From the NCBI GenBank assembly GCA_030018695.1, contig JASEHI010000004.1, forward strand, positions 774 to 64,773: DNA of 64,000 nucleotides, given 5' to 3'. The notes below the pieces were generated by a model. It worked only from the letters and a program-made list of their open reading frames with translations. It ran no database searches and was not told where the DNA came from. Shown piece after piece: positions 55,533 through 63,760 of the stretch. The stretch is from Anaerolineales bacterium (GTDB lineage: Bacteria > Chloroflexota > Anaerolineae > Anaerolineales > Villigracilaceae). The position numbers and the translations under genes are program-made. Numbering within the stretch: the first letter of the stretch is position 1; every line of letters starts with the position of its first letter.

Positions 55533-57476
55533 ATGCTTCCTGAAGAAGATAACAGCCACCCAATAATCCATCGCGCCACCGACTACGTCCCGCCGCGCAA
55601 CTGGCGTCACTGGCTGATTGGCCGCCCTCTGCCCACCGCGGATGCACCGCACCAGACGATCGGCAAATTCACCGGCCTGGCGGTCTTCGCCTCGGACGCG
55701 CTATCTTCAACAGCCTATGCCACGCAGGAAATCCTCTTCATCCTGGCTGCCGCCGGGACGATGGCTTTCAGTTATGTATTTCCGATATCAATAGCCATCG
55801 TCGTCTTGTTGGCGATTGTGGCGCTCTCGTATGAGCAGACCATCCATGCTTATCCGGATGGCGGCGGTTCGTATATTGTCTCGCGCGACAACCTGGGCAA
55901 ATCGCCAGCGCTTATCGCCGGGGCTTCGCTGCTGACCGATTACATACTGACTGTATCCGTTTCGGTATCCGCGGGCGTGGCTCAGATCGTTTCGGCATAT
56001 CCCGAATTGCTTGAATATCGCGTGCCGATTTCGGTCGGCTTTGTGTTTTTCGTCATGCTGATCAACCTGCGCGGGGTCAAAGAATCCGGCGCGGCGTTTG
56101 CTTTCCCGACATATTTTTTCATCCTGCTGATGTACCTGACGGTCGGTGTCGGCTTGTTTCGTTATTTCACCGGCTCGCTTGGATTTGTGGATAATCCGCC
56201 CGAGATGGATATTACCCACACTCTGGCTGGCATAACGCCGTTCCTGATCCTGCACGCCTTTTCCAGCGGCACAGCCGCGCTGACCGGTATAGAGGCTATT
56301 TCCAATGGGATTACCGCCTTCAAAGAGCCGCGCAGCCGAAATGCTGGTATCACTCTCGTCTGGATGGCATTCATTCTCGGTTCCCTCTTTCTGGGTATCT
56401 CGTACCTGACCGGTCACATCGGCGCGGTGCCTTCCGAGACCGAAACAGTGATTTCGCAAATGGCGCGCACAATACACGATGGACGTGGCGTTCTATATCA
56501 CATGGTCATCTGGGCGACAACCGTCATTCTGATTCTGGCAGCCAATACAGCCTATGCCGATTTTCCTCGTTTGAGTGCAATTGTTGCCAAAGACGGCTAC
56601 CTGCCACGCCAAATGTCTTTTCGTGGCAGCCGGTTGGTATTTTCCTATGGCATCGTCACACTTGCGCTGATAGCTTCATTGCTAATAGTCGTTCTCCAAG
56701 CCAGTGTGAACCGGTTGATCCCGTTGTATGCCATCGGCGTGTTCCTCTCGTTCACGCTCTCACAGGCCGGCATGGCGCGTCGCTGGCGGAAAATTGGACG
56801 CCTGCAACCCGGTCAGGAAATCGCTGAACGCGGCTCGACTCTGCGTTACAACCGCAACTGGCAGCTCAAGATGGTCATCAATGGCTTCGGTGCAGTCTGC
56901 ACGGCGGTGGTTGTGGCGGTTTTTTCGGTGACCAAATTCAGCGATGGCGCCTGGATGGTGCTGATTCTGCTTCCTCTGCTGATTTTGATGTTTTCCCTGA
57001 TCCACCGCCATTACAGTACACTGGCGAAACGGCTTTCACTCGAGGTTTTTGCTGGCGCAGCGCCACGCGCCACGCGGCACCGCGTCATCCTGCCGCTGAG
57101 CGGCGTGCATCAGGGTTCGCTCGAAGCCCTGCGCTACGCCCGGCGGCTTTCAGATGACATCACCGCTGTCCATGTTTCGATTGACCCGGATGAGGCGGTA
57201 AAACTGCGCCAGAAATGGGAAAACTGGGGTGAGGGTGTGCGGCTGGTCATTCTGGATTCTCCCTACCGACTGTTCATCGAGCCATTGTTGAAATACGTCG
57301 AGGAAATCTTGACCCACCGCCAGCCCGATGAAACGATTACAATTGTGGTACCGCAATTTATACCTTCGAAAGCATGGCATAATTTACTGCATACCAATAC
57401 GGCCACCCTGCTGCGCAATGAATTATTATCCCGGCCCGGAATTATCATCACAGATGTGCCATACCAGGTGCCATGA
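55533..57476 (+). CDS. APC-superfamily permease with a C-terminal cytoplasmic domain
   Basis: 647 aa. FASDALSSTAYATQEIL, about 12 TM segments and a roughly 170-aa soluble tail. It lies upstream of two trkA genes. Confidence 0.7.
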   Translation: MLPEEDNSHPIIHRATDYVPPRNWRHWLIGRPLPTADAPHQTIGKFTGLAVFASDALSSTAYATQEILFILAAAGTMAFSYVFPISIAIVVLLAIVALSYEQTIHAYPDGGGSYIVSRDNLGKSPALIAGASLLTDYILTVSVSVSAGVAQIVSAYPELLEYRVPISVGFVFFVMLINLRGVKESGAAFAFPTYFFILLMYLTVGVGLFRYFTGSLGFVDNPPEMDITHTLAGITPFLILHAFSSGTAALTGIEAISNGITAFKEPRSRNAGITLVWMAFILGSLFLGISYLTGHIGAVPSETETVISQMARTIHDGRGVLYHMVIWATTVILILAANTAYADFPRLSAIVAKDGYLPRQMSFRGSRLVFSYGIVTLALIASLLIVVLQASVNRLIPLYAIGVFLSFTLSQAGMARRWRKIGRLQPGQEIAERGSTLRYNRNWQLKMVINGFGAVCTAVVVAVFSVTKFSDGAWMVLILLPLLILMFSLIHRHYSTLAKRLSLEVFAGAAPRATRHRVILPLSGVHQGSLEALRYARRLSDDITAVHVSIDPDEAVKLRQKWENWGEGVRLVILDSPYRLFIEPLLKYVEEILTHRQPDETITIVVPQFIPSKAWHNLLHTNTATLLRNELLSRPGIIITDVPYQVP

Positions 57477-57502
57477 CCGGGGATTTTCAAGGAGAAAGTA
57501 TT

Positions 57503-58174
57503 ATGAACGTGATTGTCGTTGGATGCGGACGCATCGGCGCTGAATTAGCCCTCCGCCTGTGTCAGCAAGGTCAACATGTGACCATTGTGGATAACATCCC
57601 CCAGGCCTTTGAGCGCCTCGATCCGGACTTCCGCGGCCGGACGGTGGAAGGCGAGGCGCTGGCGAAAGAGGTCCTGGAGCGCGCCGGCATTAACCAGGCT
57701 GACAGCCTGGCTGCCGTGACCAATTCGGATACGCTCAATGCCGTGGTCGCCCACATTGCGCGGACAGTATATAAAGTCCCGAACGTAGTGGTGCGCAACT
57801 ATGATCCGAAATTGCGCAGCGTGCTGGAGGCGTTTGGTTTTCAAATCGTAAGTTCCACCGCCTGGGGTGTGCAGCGTATCGAAGAACTGCTCGGCGACGC
57901 TTCCCTGCGAACAGTCTTCTCGGCCGGCAACGGCGAAGTGGAAGTCTACGAAATGGTTATTCCTGAAAACTGGAGCGGTCGCAAAATGAGCGAACTGCTG
58001 GGGGATCTTGACGCCTGTCTGCCGGTGGCGCTGACCTGCGCCGGACATTCATCGCTGCCCACGCCGGAAACCGTGCTGGAGAGCGGGGATCTGCTGAATG
58101 TCAGCACAACTGCAAAGGGCATCCTCGCTTTACGCACCCGCCTGATCGGAAAGGAGGCGCAACCATGTTCGTGA
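57503..58174 (+). CDS. trkA: TrkA-type K+ transport regulatory protein (RCK N and C domains)
   Basis: MNVIVVGCGRIGAELA, with AAGGAG upstream. Confidence 0.8.
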   Translation: MNVIVVGCGRIGAELALRLCQQGQHVTIVDNIPQAFERLDPDFRGRTVEGEALAKEVLERAGINQADSLAAVTNSDTLNAVVAHIARTVYKVPNVVVRNYDPKLRSVLEAFGFQIVSSTAWGVQRIEELLGDASLRTVFSAGNGEVEVYEMVIPENWSGRKMSELLGDLDACLPVALTCAGHSSLPTPETVLESGDLLNVSTTAKGILALRTRLIGKEAQPCS

Positions 58175-58836
58175 TTATTGCTGGCGGCGGACGAACCGGG
58201 GCGCAACTGGCTACAATCCTGTTGGCTGAGAAATACCAGGTGCGCGTGATAGAGTACCGCCGCGAACTGCTGAGCCGCTTGCACCGCGAACTCCCCACCG
58301 AGGTCATCTACGAAGGCTCGCCGATTGACCCAGCCGTGCTGGAGCACGCCGGGATCCGCGAGGCGCAGGTGCTGGCAGCGACAATGGACACGGATGCCAA
58401 TAATCTCGTCTTGAGCTTTATCGCCCACAAGATGTTCGAGGTGCCACGCATTATTGCGCGTGTCAACAATCCGCGCAACGCCTGGCTTTTCAACGAAAAC
58501 TTTCACGTGGACGTGGCCCTCAATCAGGCCAACGTGTTGGCGCATCTGATCCAGGAAGAGATGTCATTGGGCGACATGATGACGCTGCTCAAATTACGCC
58601 GCGGGCGCTATTCGCTGGTGGAAGAGAAAATCCCCAACGGGGCAAAGGCGCTGGGCATTGCCATCAAGGATTTGGGACTTCCCGATCAGTGCGTCATTGC
58701 AGCCATCATTCGCGGCGGGAAAGTCATCGTGCCAAGCGGCGGAACGGTATTTAAACCGGAAGATGAGGTTCTGGCGGTTACAAACCAGGATGGCGCCCGT
58801 CGCCTGTCTGAACTATTTGCCCCGCCGGGGAGATAA
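58165..58836 (+). CDS. trkA: TrkA-type K+ transport regulatory protein, second copy
   Basis: MFVIIAGGGRTGAQLA, with an RCK_C-like C-terminus. Confidence 0.8.
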   Translation: MFVIIAGGGRTGAQLATILLAEKYQVRVIEYRRELLSRLHRELPTEVIYEGSPIDPAVLEHAGIREAQVLAATMDTDANNLVLSFIAHKMFEVPRIIARVNNPRNAWLFNENFHVDVALNQANVLAHLIQEEMSLGDMMTLLKLRRGRYSLVEEKIPNGAKALGIAIKDLGLPDQCVIAAIIRGGKVIVPSGGTVFKPEDEVLAVTNQDGARRLSELFAPPGR

Positions 58837-59008
58837 TAAAACACACATCCGGTCGGTTAGTGCTTGCTAAGATAATGTCGTCTCGGCCTCCAAGGCGACA
58901 ATGAGCAGGGAGGCAAACCCCGCCAAAGCCGCGATGCCGTAAGTAAAGACCAGGCGGCTGCCGCGAACTGTCCACCCTGCTTGGCCCGAAGGAGCCCATC
59001 ATTCGCAC

Positions 59009-59470
59009 ATGAACAAACAACCCAACTCGCGTCAATGTTTCGCCTGCGGCATCGAAAATCCCATCGGCCTGCATTTGAAGTTCTATGAAAGCGGCCGCGG
59101 AGAGGTGACGGCAGACTATACCGCTCCCGAGCACTTTCAAGGCTACCCCGGTGTCTTGCACGGCGGCATCGTCGCCACCCTCCTGGACGAGACGGCCGGC
59201 CGCGCCCTGATGGGCGATCCGTCAACGCCGCGCTTCATGTTCACCGCCAAGCTGGAAGTACGCTACCGCAAAAATGTACCCGTCGGCCAAGCGCTGAAGA
59301 TCGTCGGCCGGGTTGGCAAGGATAAGGGACGCATCGCCGAAGCCACCTCTGCCATCTACAGCCAGGATGGGACTCTGCTGGCCGAAGCCAACGCTCTCCT
59401 GATGAACTTGCCCTCATCGCCTGATCCAACCATCCTGGAAAAGCTGGGCTGGAAGGTGTATCCAGATTAG
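59009..59470 (+). CDS. PaaI-family hotdog thioesterase
   Basis: CFACGIENPIGLHLKF and VLHGGIVATLLDE. Confidence 0.75.
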   Translation: MNKQPNSRQCFACGIENPIGLHLKFYESGRGEVTADYTAPEHFQGYPGVLHGGIVATLLDETAGRALMGDPSTPRFMFTAKLEVRYRKNVPVGQALKIVGRVGKDKGRIAEATSAIYSQDGTLLAEANALLMNLPSSPDPTILEKLGWKVYPD

Positions 59471-59799
59471 TTCAGGCTTTTTTTAAGTCCACTTTCATGT
59501 CATGCTGAGGGCGTCCCTTCGAAAAGCACTCAAGGCATGCCTTTGCCCGAAGCATCTCCCAGATAGGCCGGGAGACCCTTCGGTCGCAAAGACCGCTCCC
59601 TCCCTGGCCTGGCCCGCCAGGGCAGGCAGGGTGACACGTAACGGTGGGCTTGTACCAAGTTGTTGACTTTAAGAAAGTCCTGTCAGATAAGTTCGCCAAT
59701 GGTACGTTATGACCGGGGTCTTGTTATAATAACGGCATTGCGCCTATTGTACACTTCGAGAATTGACCAAATAAGCCTATTCAGACCAATGAGGCAAAT

Positions 59800-60576
59800 A
59801 TGATAACCGCATACCATCGCCCTCGAACCCTGAAAGAAGCCTTGAGCCTGCTTGCCAGGCCCAACACTTATCCGCTTGGCGGCGGAACGCTGCTCAACCG
59901 TCCCTCGCTTGAGCAATTCGCCGTCGTGGACTTGCAGGCGCTGGGGCTGAACAAAATCCACAAGAACGGCAACAACCTGGAAATCGGCGCGACAGCCACC
60001 TTGCAAGCCCTGCTCGATTCGCAGCATATCCCGCCTGCGCTGCAAGAAACCATCCGCTTGGAAACAACTTACAACCTGCGCCAGGTCGCTACCGTCGCCG
60101 GGACGCTGGTCAGCGCGGACGGGCGTTCGCCGTTTGTCACCGCAATGCTGGCATTGGACGCGAGCTGCACAGTGTTCAGTAATCAGTATTCAGTGATCAT
60201 TCTCGGTGACTTGCTACCGTATCGAACAGAGACCCTCCACGGCAAACTGATCACCAAAATCGAAATCTCGCTGAACGTGAACCTATCTTACGAATCCGTC
60301 GCCCGCACGCCCGCGGACCGGCCGATCGTCTGCGCCGCGCTGGCGCAATGGCCTGCGGGGCGGACGCGGCTGGTCATTGGCGGGTGGGGCAAATCCCCGA
60401 CGCTGGCGCTGGATGGCAACGAAGCCTCCGGCGTCGAGGCGGCCGCCCGCAACGCCGCTCAGGATGCTGCCGACGAGTGGGGTTCGGCAGAGTACCGCAG
60501 CGAGGTGGCGGGGGTGCTGGCAAAGAGATGCCAGGATAGGTTGAATGAAAATAAAACATCATACCTTATCCGGTGA
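59800..60576 (+). CDS. FAD-binding subunit of a molybdopterin (xanthine/CO dehydrogenase family) enzyme
   Basis: YHRPRTLKEALSLLARPNTYPLGGGTLL, and C-terminal SAEYRSEVAGVLAKR. It carries a heptamer insert at 60173-60201. Confidence 0.7.
   Translation: MITAYHRPRTLKEALSLLARPNTYPLGGGTLLNRPSLEQFAVVDLQALGLNKIHKNGNNLEIGATATLQALLDSQHIPPALQETIRLETTYNLRQVATVAGTLVSADGRSPFVTAMLALDASCTVFSNQYSVIILGDLLPYRTETLHGKLITKIEISLNVNLSYESVARTPADRPIVCAALAQWPAGRTRLVIGGWGKSPTLALDGNEASGVEAAARNAAQDAADEWGSAEYRSEVAGVLAKRCQDRLNENKTSYLIR
60173..60201. repeat. Heptamer tract GTTCAGT AATCAGT ATTCAGT GATCATT inside the FAD-subunit ORF
   Basis: Direct reading. It encodes FSNQYSVII. Confidence 0.7.
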
Positions 60577-60625
60577 AGATGAGACGGGATAAAGAGGAGA
60601 TATAATTACGCCGGGAACTTGAATC

Positions 60626-61097
60626 ATGGACAATCGCCTTCACCTCGAATCGCTCACCAGGAATTTGACCCGCGAAACCTTGGTCACTTTCCTGCGCGCG
60701 GCCAGCGGAAAGTTTCGCCCTGAAAAAGAAGATTTGAGTTGGCAGGTCGAGAACGCGCCTTCTGTCAGTAACTTGTCCAAACTTGGCGCGATCGAATTTG
60801 CCGACAGCCGCCGGATGGTGATCCTGGCTGGGCAGGTGGAAAAAGAATTGGGTGTGTTTCATTTCAGTTGAAACCGTCCCGAAGGTTGGCAAAAACGATC
60901 AAATTTTCTCAGCAAAACCTTCGGGACGTTCTTACTTCAACTCATTTGAAACACACCCAAAAGAATTTGTGAAACTGGTGGATAAGATTTTGGGCGATTA
61001 CGAAAAACACGGCTATCCCCTGCCTGAAAAGTCCGCTGAAAAAGTGTGCGAGTGGGAAGGTCAATTGGATGAGATGGTGTCGAGGTTGTATGAGTAA
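60626..61097 (+). pseudogene. Remnant of a large DNA methyltransferase/type IIG-like gene (N-terminal about 74 codons fused to C-terminal about 43 codons), split by a MITE
   Basis: N-terminal part LTRETLVTFLRAASGKFRPEKEDLS...KLGAIEFADSRRMVILAGQVE. Tail QLDEMVSRLYE*. Both patterns were recognised from memory as ends of Eco57I-type methylases. Confidence 0.45.
60850..60958. mobile_element. MITE copy 2 (109 bp) with 9-bp target-site duplication AAAAGAATT
   Basis: TIR GGGTGTGTTTCA / TGAAACACACCC and inner arms CGTCCCGAAGGTT / AACCTTCGGGACG. The TSD sits at 60841-60849 and 60959-60967. Confidence 0.85.
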
Positions 61098-61099
61098 GC

Positions 61100-61125
61100 G
61101 TAAGTCGAAATTAATTTCGACCTAC
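61100..61125. repeat. REP hairpin GTAAGTCGAAATTAATTTCGACCTAC, copy 1
   Basis: It contains the perfect 18-bp palindrome GTCGAAATTAATTTCGAC. Confidence 0.85.
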
Positions 61126-61221
61126 AAGGCGGCGCGGGAGGAGACGATGTCCGTGACGGAGGAGATTGGGAAAGTAGAAGGCGAGATTGATGCGCGGGTG
61201 AAAAGTTTGTATGGGGTATAA
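61113..61221 (+). repeat. 109-bp direct repeat unit (REP half plus methylase-type 3' gene end ...EIDARVKSLYGV*), copy 1
   Basis: The first 51 nt are identical to 62071-62121, and the unit is about 80% identical overall. Confidence 0.75.
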
Positions 61222-61239
61222 TGAAATTTGGAGGCTGAA

Positions 61240-61476
61240 ATGGATCAATTTGACCGGATCACATTTGACATCAACATCATGGGCGGGCGCGCCTGCATTC
61301 GCGGCTTGCGCGTCACCGTTGCGCTCATTCTCAACCTCTTCTCCAATGGCATGACCGCCGCAGAAATCGTCAAAGAATATCCCTATCTTGAGGCGGAAGA
61401 TGTGCGCCAGTCCCTGCAATACGCCGCCTGGCTGGCGGATGAATCCGTGCAGGTGTTGGGGATGTCCGCCGCATGA
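61240..61476 (+). CDS. DUF433 antitoxin-like protein
   Basis: ITFDINIMGGRACIRGLRVTVALILNLFSNGMTAAEIVKEYPYLEAEDVRQSLQYA. GGAGGCTGAAATG at the start. Confidence 0.8.
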   Translation: MDQFDRITFDINIMGGRACIRGLRVTVALILNLFSNGMTAAEIVKEYPYLEAEDVRQSLQYAAWLADESVQVLGMSAA

Positions 61477-61835
61477 AATTCCTGGCCGATATGGGCATTT
61501 CGCCGCGTGTCGTGGATGAATTGCGACAGAAAGGCTATGACGCGGTTCATTTACAAGAGCAGGGATTGGGCAGAATGCGTGACCCCGGAATCCTGCGCAA
61601 AGCGCGGGACGAAGGCCGCATCCTGCTCACGCACGATCTGGATTTTGGCGAACTGCTTGCCGCCAGCGGGGGAGACCTGCCGAGCGTCATCATCTTTCGG
61701 CTAAAGGACATGCGCGCCCCAAACGTCAGCCTGTACCTGTTCAACCTTCTCACTCAACAATCCGAAGCCCTGGAAAAGGGTGCGATATGTAGTCTAACCG
61801 AACACAAAGTTCGAATTCGCGCCTTGCCGATCTAA
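61473..61835 (+). CDS. DUF5615 (Mut7-C/PIN-like) toxin-like protein
   Basis: MKFLADMGISPRVVDELRQKGYDAVHL...ILLTHDLDFGEL. It overlaps the DUF433 stop by 4 nt. Confidence 0.8.
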   Translation: MKFLADMGISPRVVDELRQKGYDAVHLQEQGLGRMRDPGILRKARDEGRILLTHDLDFGELLAASGGDLPSVIIFRLKDMRAPNVSLYLFNLLTQQSEALEKGAICSLTEHKVRIRALPI

Positions 61836-61852
61836 TATCTGTGCGGGGCTGT

Positions 61853-61909
61853 ATGCCTGCCAACGTCTTCATCGCCAACTCTCCATCGCGCACGCTCATA
61901 AAGCGGCGG
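61853..61909 (+). pseudogene. Orphan 5' fragment of an HKD-helicase gene (paralog of the gene starting at 63761)
   Basis: MPANVFIANSPSRTLIKRR compared with MPANAFITNSQAHTLKKRL. Homology is lost after about 19 codons. Confidence 0.6.
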
Positions 61910-62039
61910 GCACCCCTCGAGCAATTTCTGCGCATAATTGGCATTGATCCCACCCCGTCCACCAACCGCAATCCGCTCGAACAACCGCCTGCCCTGAGCA
62001 AAGTCGAAGGGTGGTCACTCACAGTGGAGGAGTTCACGC

Positions 62040-62083
62040 GTAGGTCGAAATTAATTTCGACGAACAAAATAATTTCGACCTAC
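62040..62083. repeat. REP hairpin, copy 2, plus an extra half-site
   Basis: GTAGGTCGAAATTAATTTCGAC followed by AATTTCGACCTAC. Confidence 0.8.
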
Positions 62084-62179
62084 AAGGCGGCGCGGGAGGA
62101 GACGATGTCCGTGACGGAGGATATTGTCCGCGTGGAGAGAGAAATTGACGAGAGGGTGAAAAGTTTGTACGGGTTGTAA
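62071..62179 (+). repeat. 109-bp direct repeat unit, copy 2 (...EIDERVKSLYGL*)
   Basis: See 61113-61221. Confidence 0.75.
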
Positions 62180-62236
62180 CGTTCCGCGAAATTCATTTCG
62201 CCAAACATGGACAAAATAAATTTTGTCTAACACAAT

Positions 62237-62887
62237 ATGAGCGACTTTTACCGACGTAAACTCCCGCACTGGCATCCCGAAGGACAGATGTTTTTCATCA
62301 CCTTTCGGCTGGCAAACTCCCTGCCTGCTCATATCATTCAGGAACTAGAAGAGGAACGCGAGCGTGAACGGCAAGCCATCCGAGCCGAATTCAGCGGCGC
62401 ACAACAACGGGATGAACTTTACAAACTGGATAAAAAATATTTTGGTCGCTTTGACGCATGGCTTGACCGTTGCATTGAGGAAAGTCCACGCTGGCTGGCA
62501 GATGAGAACATTGCGCGCATCGTCGCTGAACAAATCCACGCGCTGGATGGCGAACGGTATCGTCTGGTCGCATACTGCATCATGTCCAATCATGCCCACG
62601 TACTTACTGATACTGCTGAGCAGGGCTTTAAGCCAACCCACAATGGAGTCACGGCTCCTTATCCACTGGCAGATACACTCAAACTGCTAAAAGGGCGCAC
62701 AGCTCGTTACTGCAATCAGGCATTGAAACGAAGCGGCAACTTTTGGCATCACGAAAGTTATGATCATGTGGTTCGAGACCAGAAGGAATATGAACGAATT
62801 GTCTGGTACATCCTGAATAATCCAGTGAAAGCGGGGCTGGTCGAAAAATGGGAAGAGTGGAAGTTTGCGTTCGTAAGTCGAAATTAA
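62237..62887 (+). CDS. REP-associated tyrosine transposase (RAYT; IS200/IS605 Y1 HUH family)
   Basis: YRRKLPHWHPEG, HUH box YCIMSNHAHVL and catalytic Tyr ESYDHVV. It is flanked by REP copies 2 and 3, and its last 5 codons lie inside REP 3. Confidence 0.85.
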   Translation: MSDFYRRKLPHWHPEGQMFFITFRLANSLPAHIIQELEEERERERQAIRAEFSGAQQRDELYKLDKKYFGRFDAWLDRCIEESPRWLADENIARIVAEQIHALDGERYRLVAYCIMSNHAHVLTDTAEQGFKPTHNGVTAPYPLADTLKLLKGRTARYCNQALKRSGNFWHHESYDHVVRDQKEYERIVWYILNNPVKAGLVEKWEEWKFAFVSRN

Positions 62888-62898
62888 TTTCGACTTAC
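62873..62898. repeat. REP hairpin, copy 3 (perfect 26-bp palindrome GTAAGTCGAAATTAATTTCGACTTAC)
   Basis: Direct reading. Confidence 0.9.
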
Positions 62899-62927
62899 GG
62901 GACGTTATAATCAACGTGGAGGCAGAA

Positions 62928-63332
62928 ATGACCATTCATTTAGACGTAACTTCCGAACTGGAGCGCCAATTAAGGAAAGTGGCGAGTCAAATGGGGCTGA
63001 CGCCCGATACCTACATCATGCGCCTGTTACAAAAGGATTTGCAAACCCACGCCGCGCCCGCGCGCCTATCCCCCGAGGAAAGCAAATTACTGCAACAGAT
63101 CAACGCCAGCCTCTCCGCCATTGATTGGGACCATTACCAGATCCTGCTGGCAAAACGGGATGCGGAATCGCTCAACACGCAGGAACAGGCGGAACTGGTC
63201 GCCCTCTCCGATCAAATCGAAGAAGCCAATGCCCGCCGCATGAAAGCGGTGGCTGAACTGGCGCGCCTGCGCAAGACCACCGTTCCCGCCCTGGTGGAAA
63301 CCCTGGGATTATCCTCCTCCGCTCATGCCTGA
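62928..63332 (+). CDS. RHH/CopG-like small protein, putative antitoxin or partner of the HNH protein
   Basis: TIHLDVTSELERQLRKVASQMGLTPDTYIMRLL. GGAGGCAGAAATG at the start. It overlaps the HNH gene by 8 nt. Confidence 0.55.
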   Translation: MTIHLDVTSELERQLRKVASQMGLTPDTYIMRLLQKDLQTHAAPARLSPEESKLLQQINASLSAIDWDHYQILLAKRDAESLNTQEQAELVALSDQIEEANARRMKAVAELARLRKTTVPALVETLGLSSSAHA

Positions 63333-63753
63333 GCCGCGCCTTTCATCAAGCGAGCGCGCCCGTATTGTGGAACGCGCAGAAGGCTGTTGCGAATATTGCC
63401 AATCGCAGGAGCAATATTCCCCCGATCCCTTTTCGGTTGAACATATCATTCCGCTTTCCAAAGGCGGCACAAACGCTTTGGATAATCTCGCCTTTGCCTG
63501 CCAGGGGTGCAACAACCGTAAATACACCAGCATCGAAGCGTTTGACCCTGTCAGCCAGTCCGCCGTTCTCCTCTTTCACCCGCGGCAACATTCATGGGTG
63601 GAGCATTTCGCCTGGAGCGATGACAGCACACTTATCCTGGGATTAACCCCGATCGGGCGAGCTGCTATCGAAAAACTTCAATTGAATCGTTCAGGGCTTG
63701 TCAACCTGCGCCGTATTTTATTTGAAGCGGGCGAACATCCGCCTGTCTTATAA
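63325..63753 (+). CDS. HNH endonuclease
   Basis: CEYCQS...FSVEHIIPLSKGGTNALDNLAFACQGCNNRK. Confidence 0.85.
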   Translation: MPEPRLSSSERARIVERAEGCCEYCQSQEQYSPDPFSVEHIIPLSKGGTNALDNLAFACQGCNNRKYTSIEAFDPVSQSAVLLFHPRQHSWVEHFAWSDDSTLILGLTPIGRAAIEKLQLNRSGLVNLRRILFEAGEHPPVL

Positions 63754-63760
63754 AAAAACC

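Noticed and set aside
59472-59799. An RNA gene or small protein in the 330-bp spacer before the FAD-subunit gene
   Set aside because: The region contains repeat-like GC-rich palindromes (CCAGGGCAGGCAGGG...) and a possible extended -10 box (TGTTATAAT, 59722-59730). I could not build any recognisable RNA family fold or ORF with an SD.
60852-61097. ORF 60852..61097 as a stand-alone gene
   Set aside because: Its first 35 codons are MITE sequence. The remainder joins in frame to 60626..60849 once the MITE and one TSD copy are removed.
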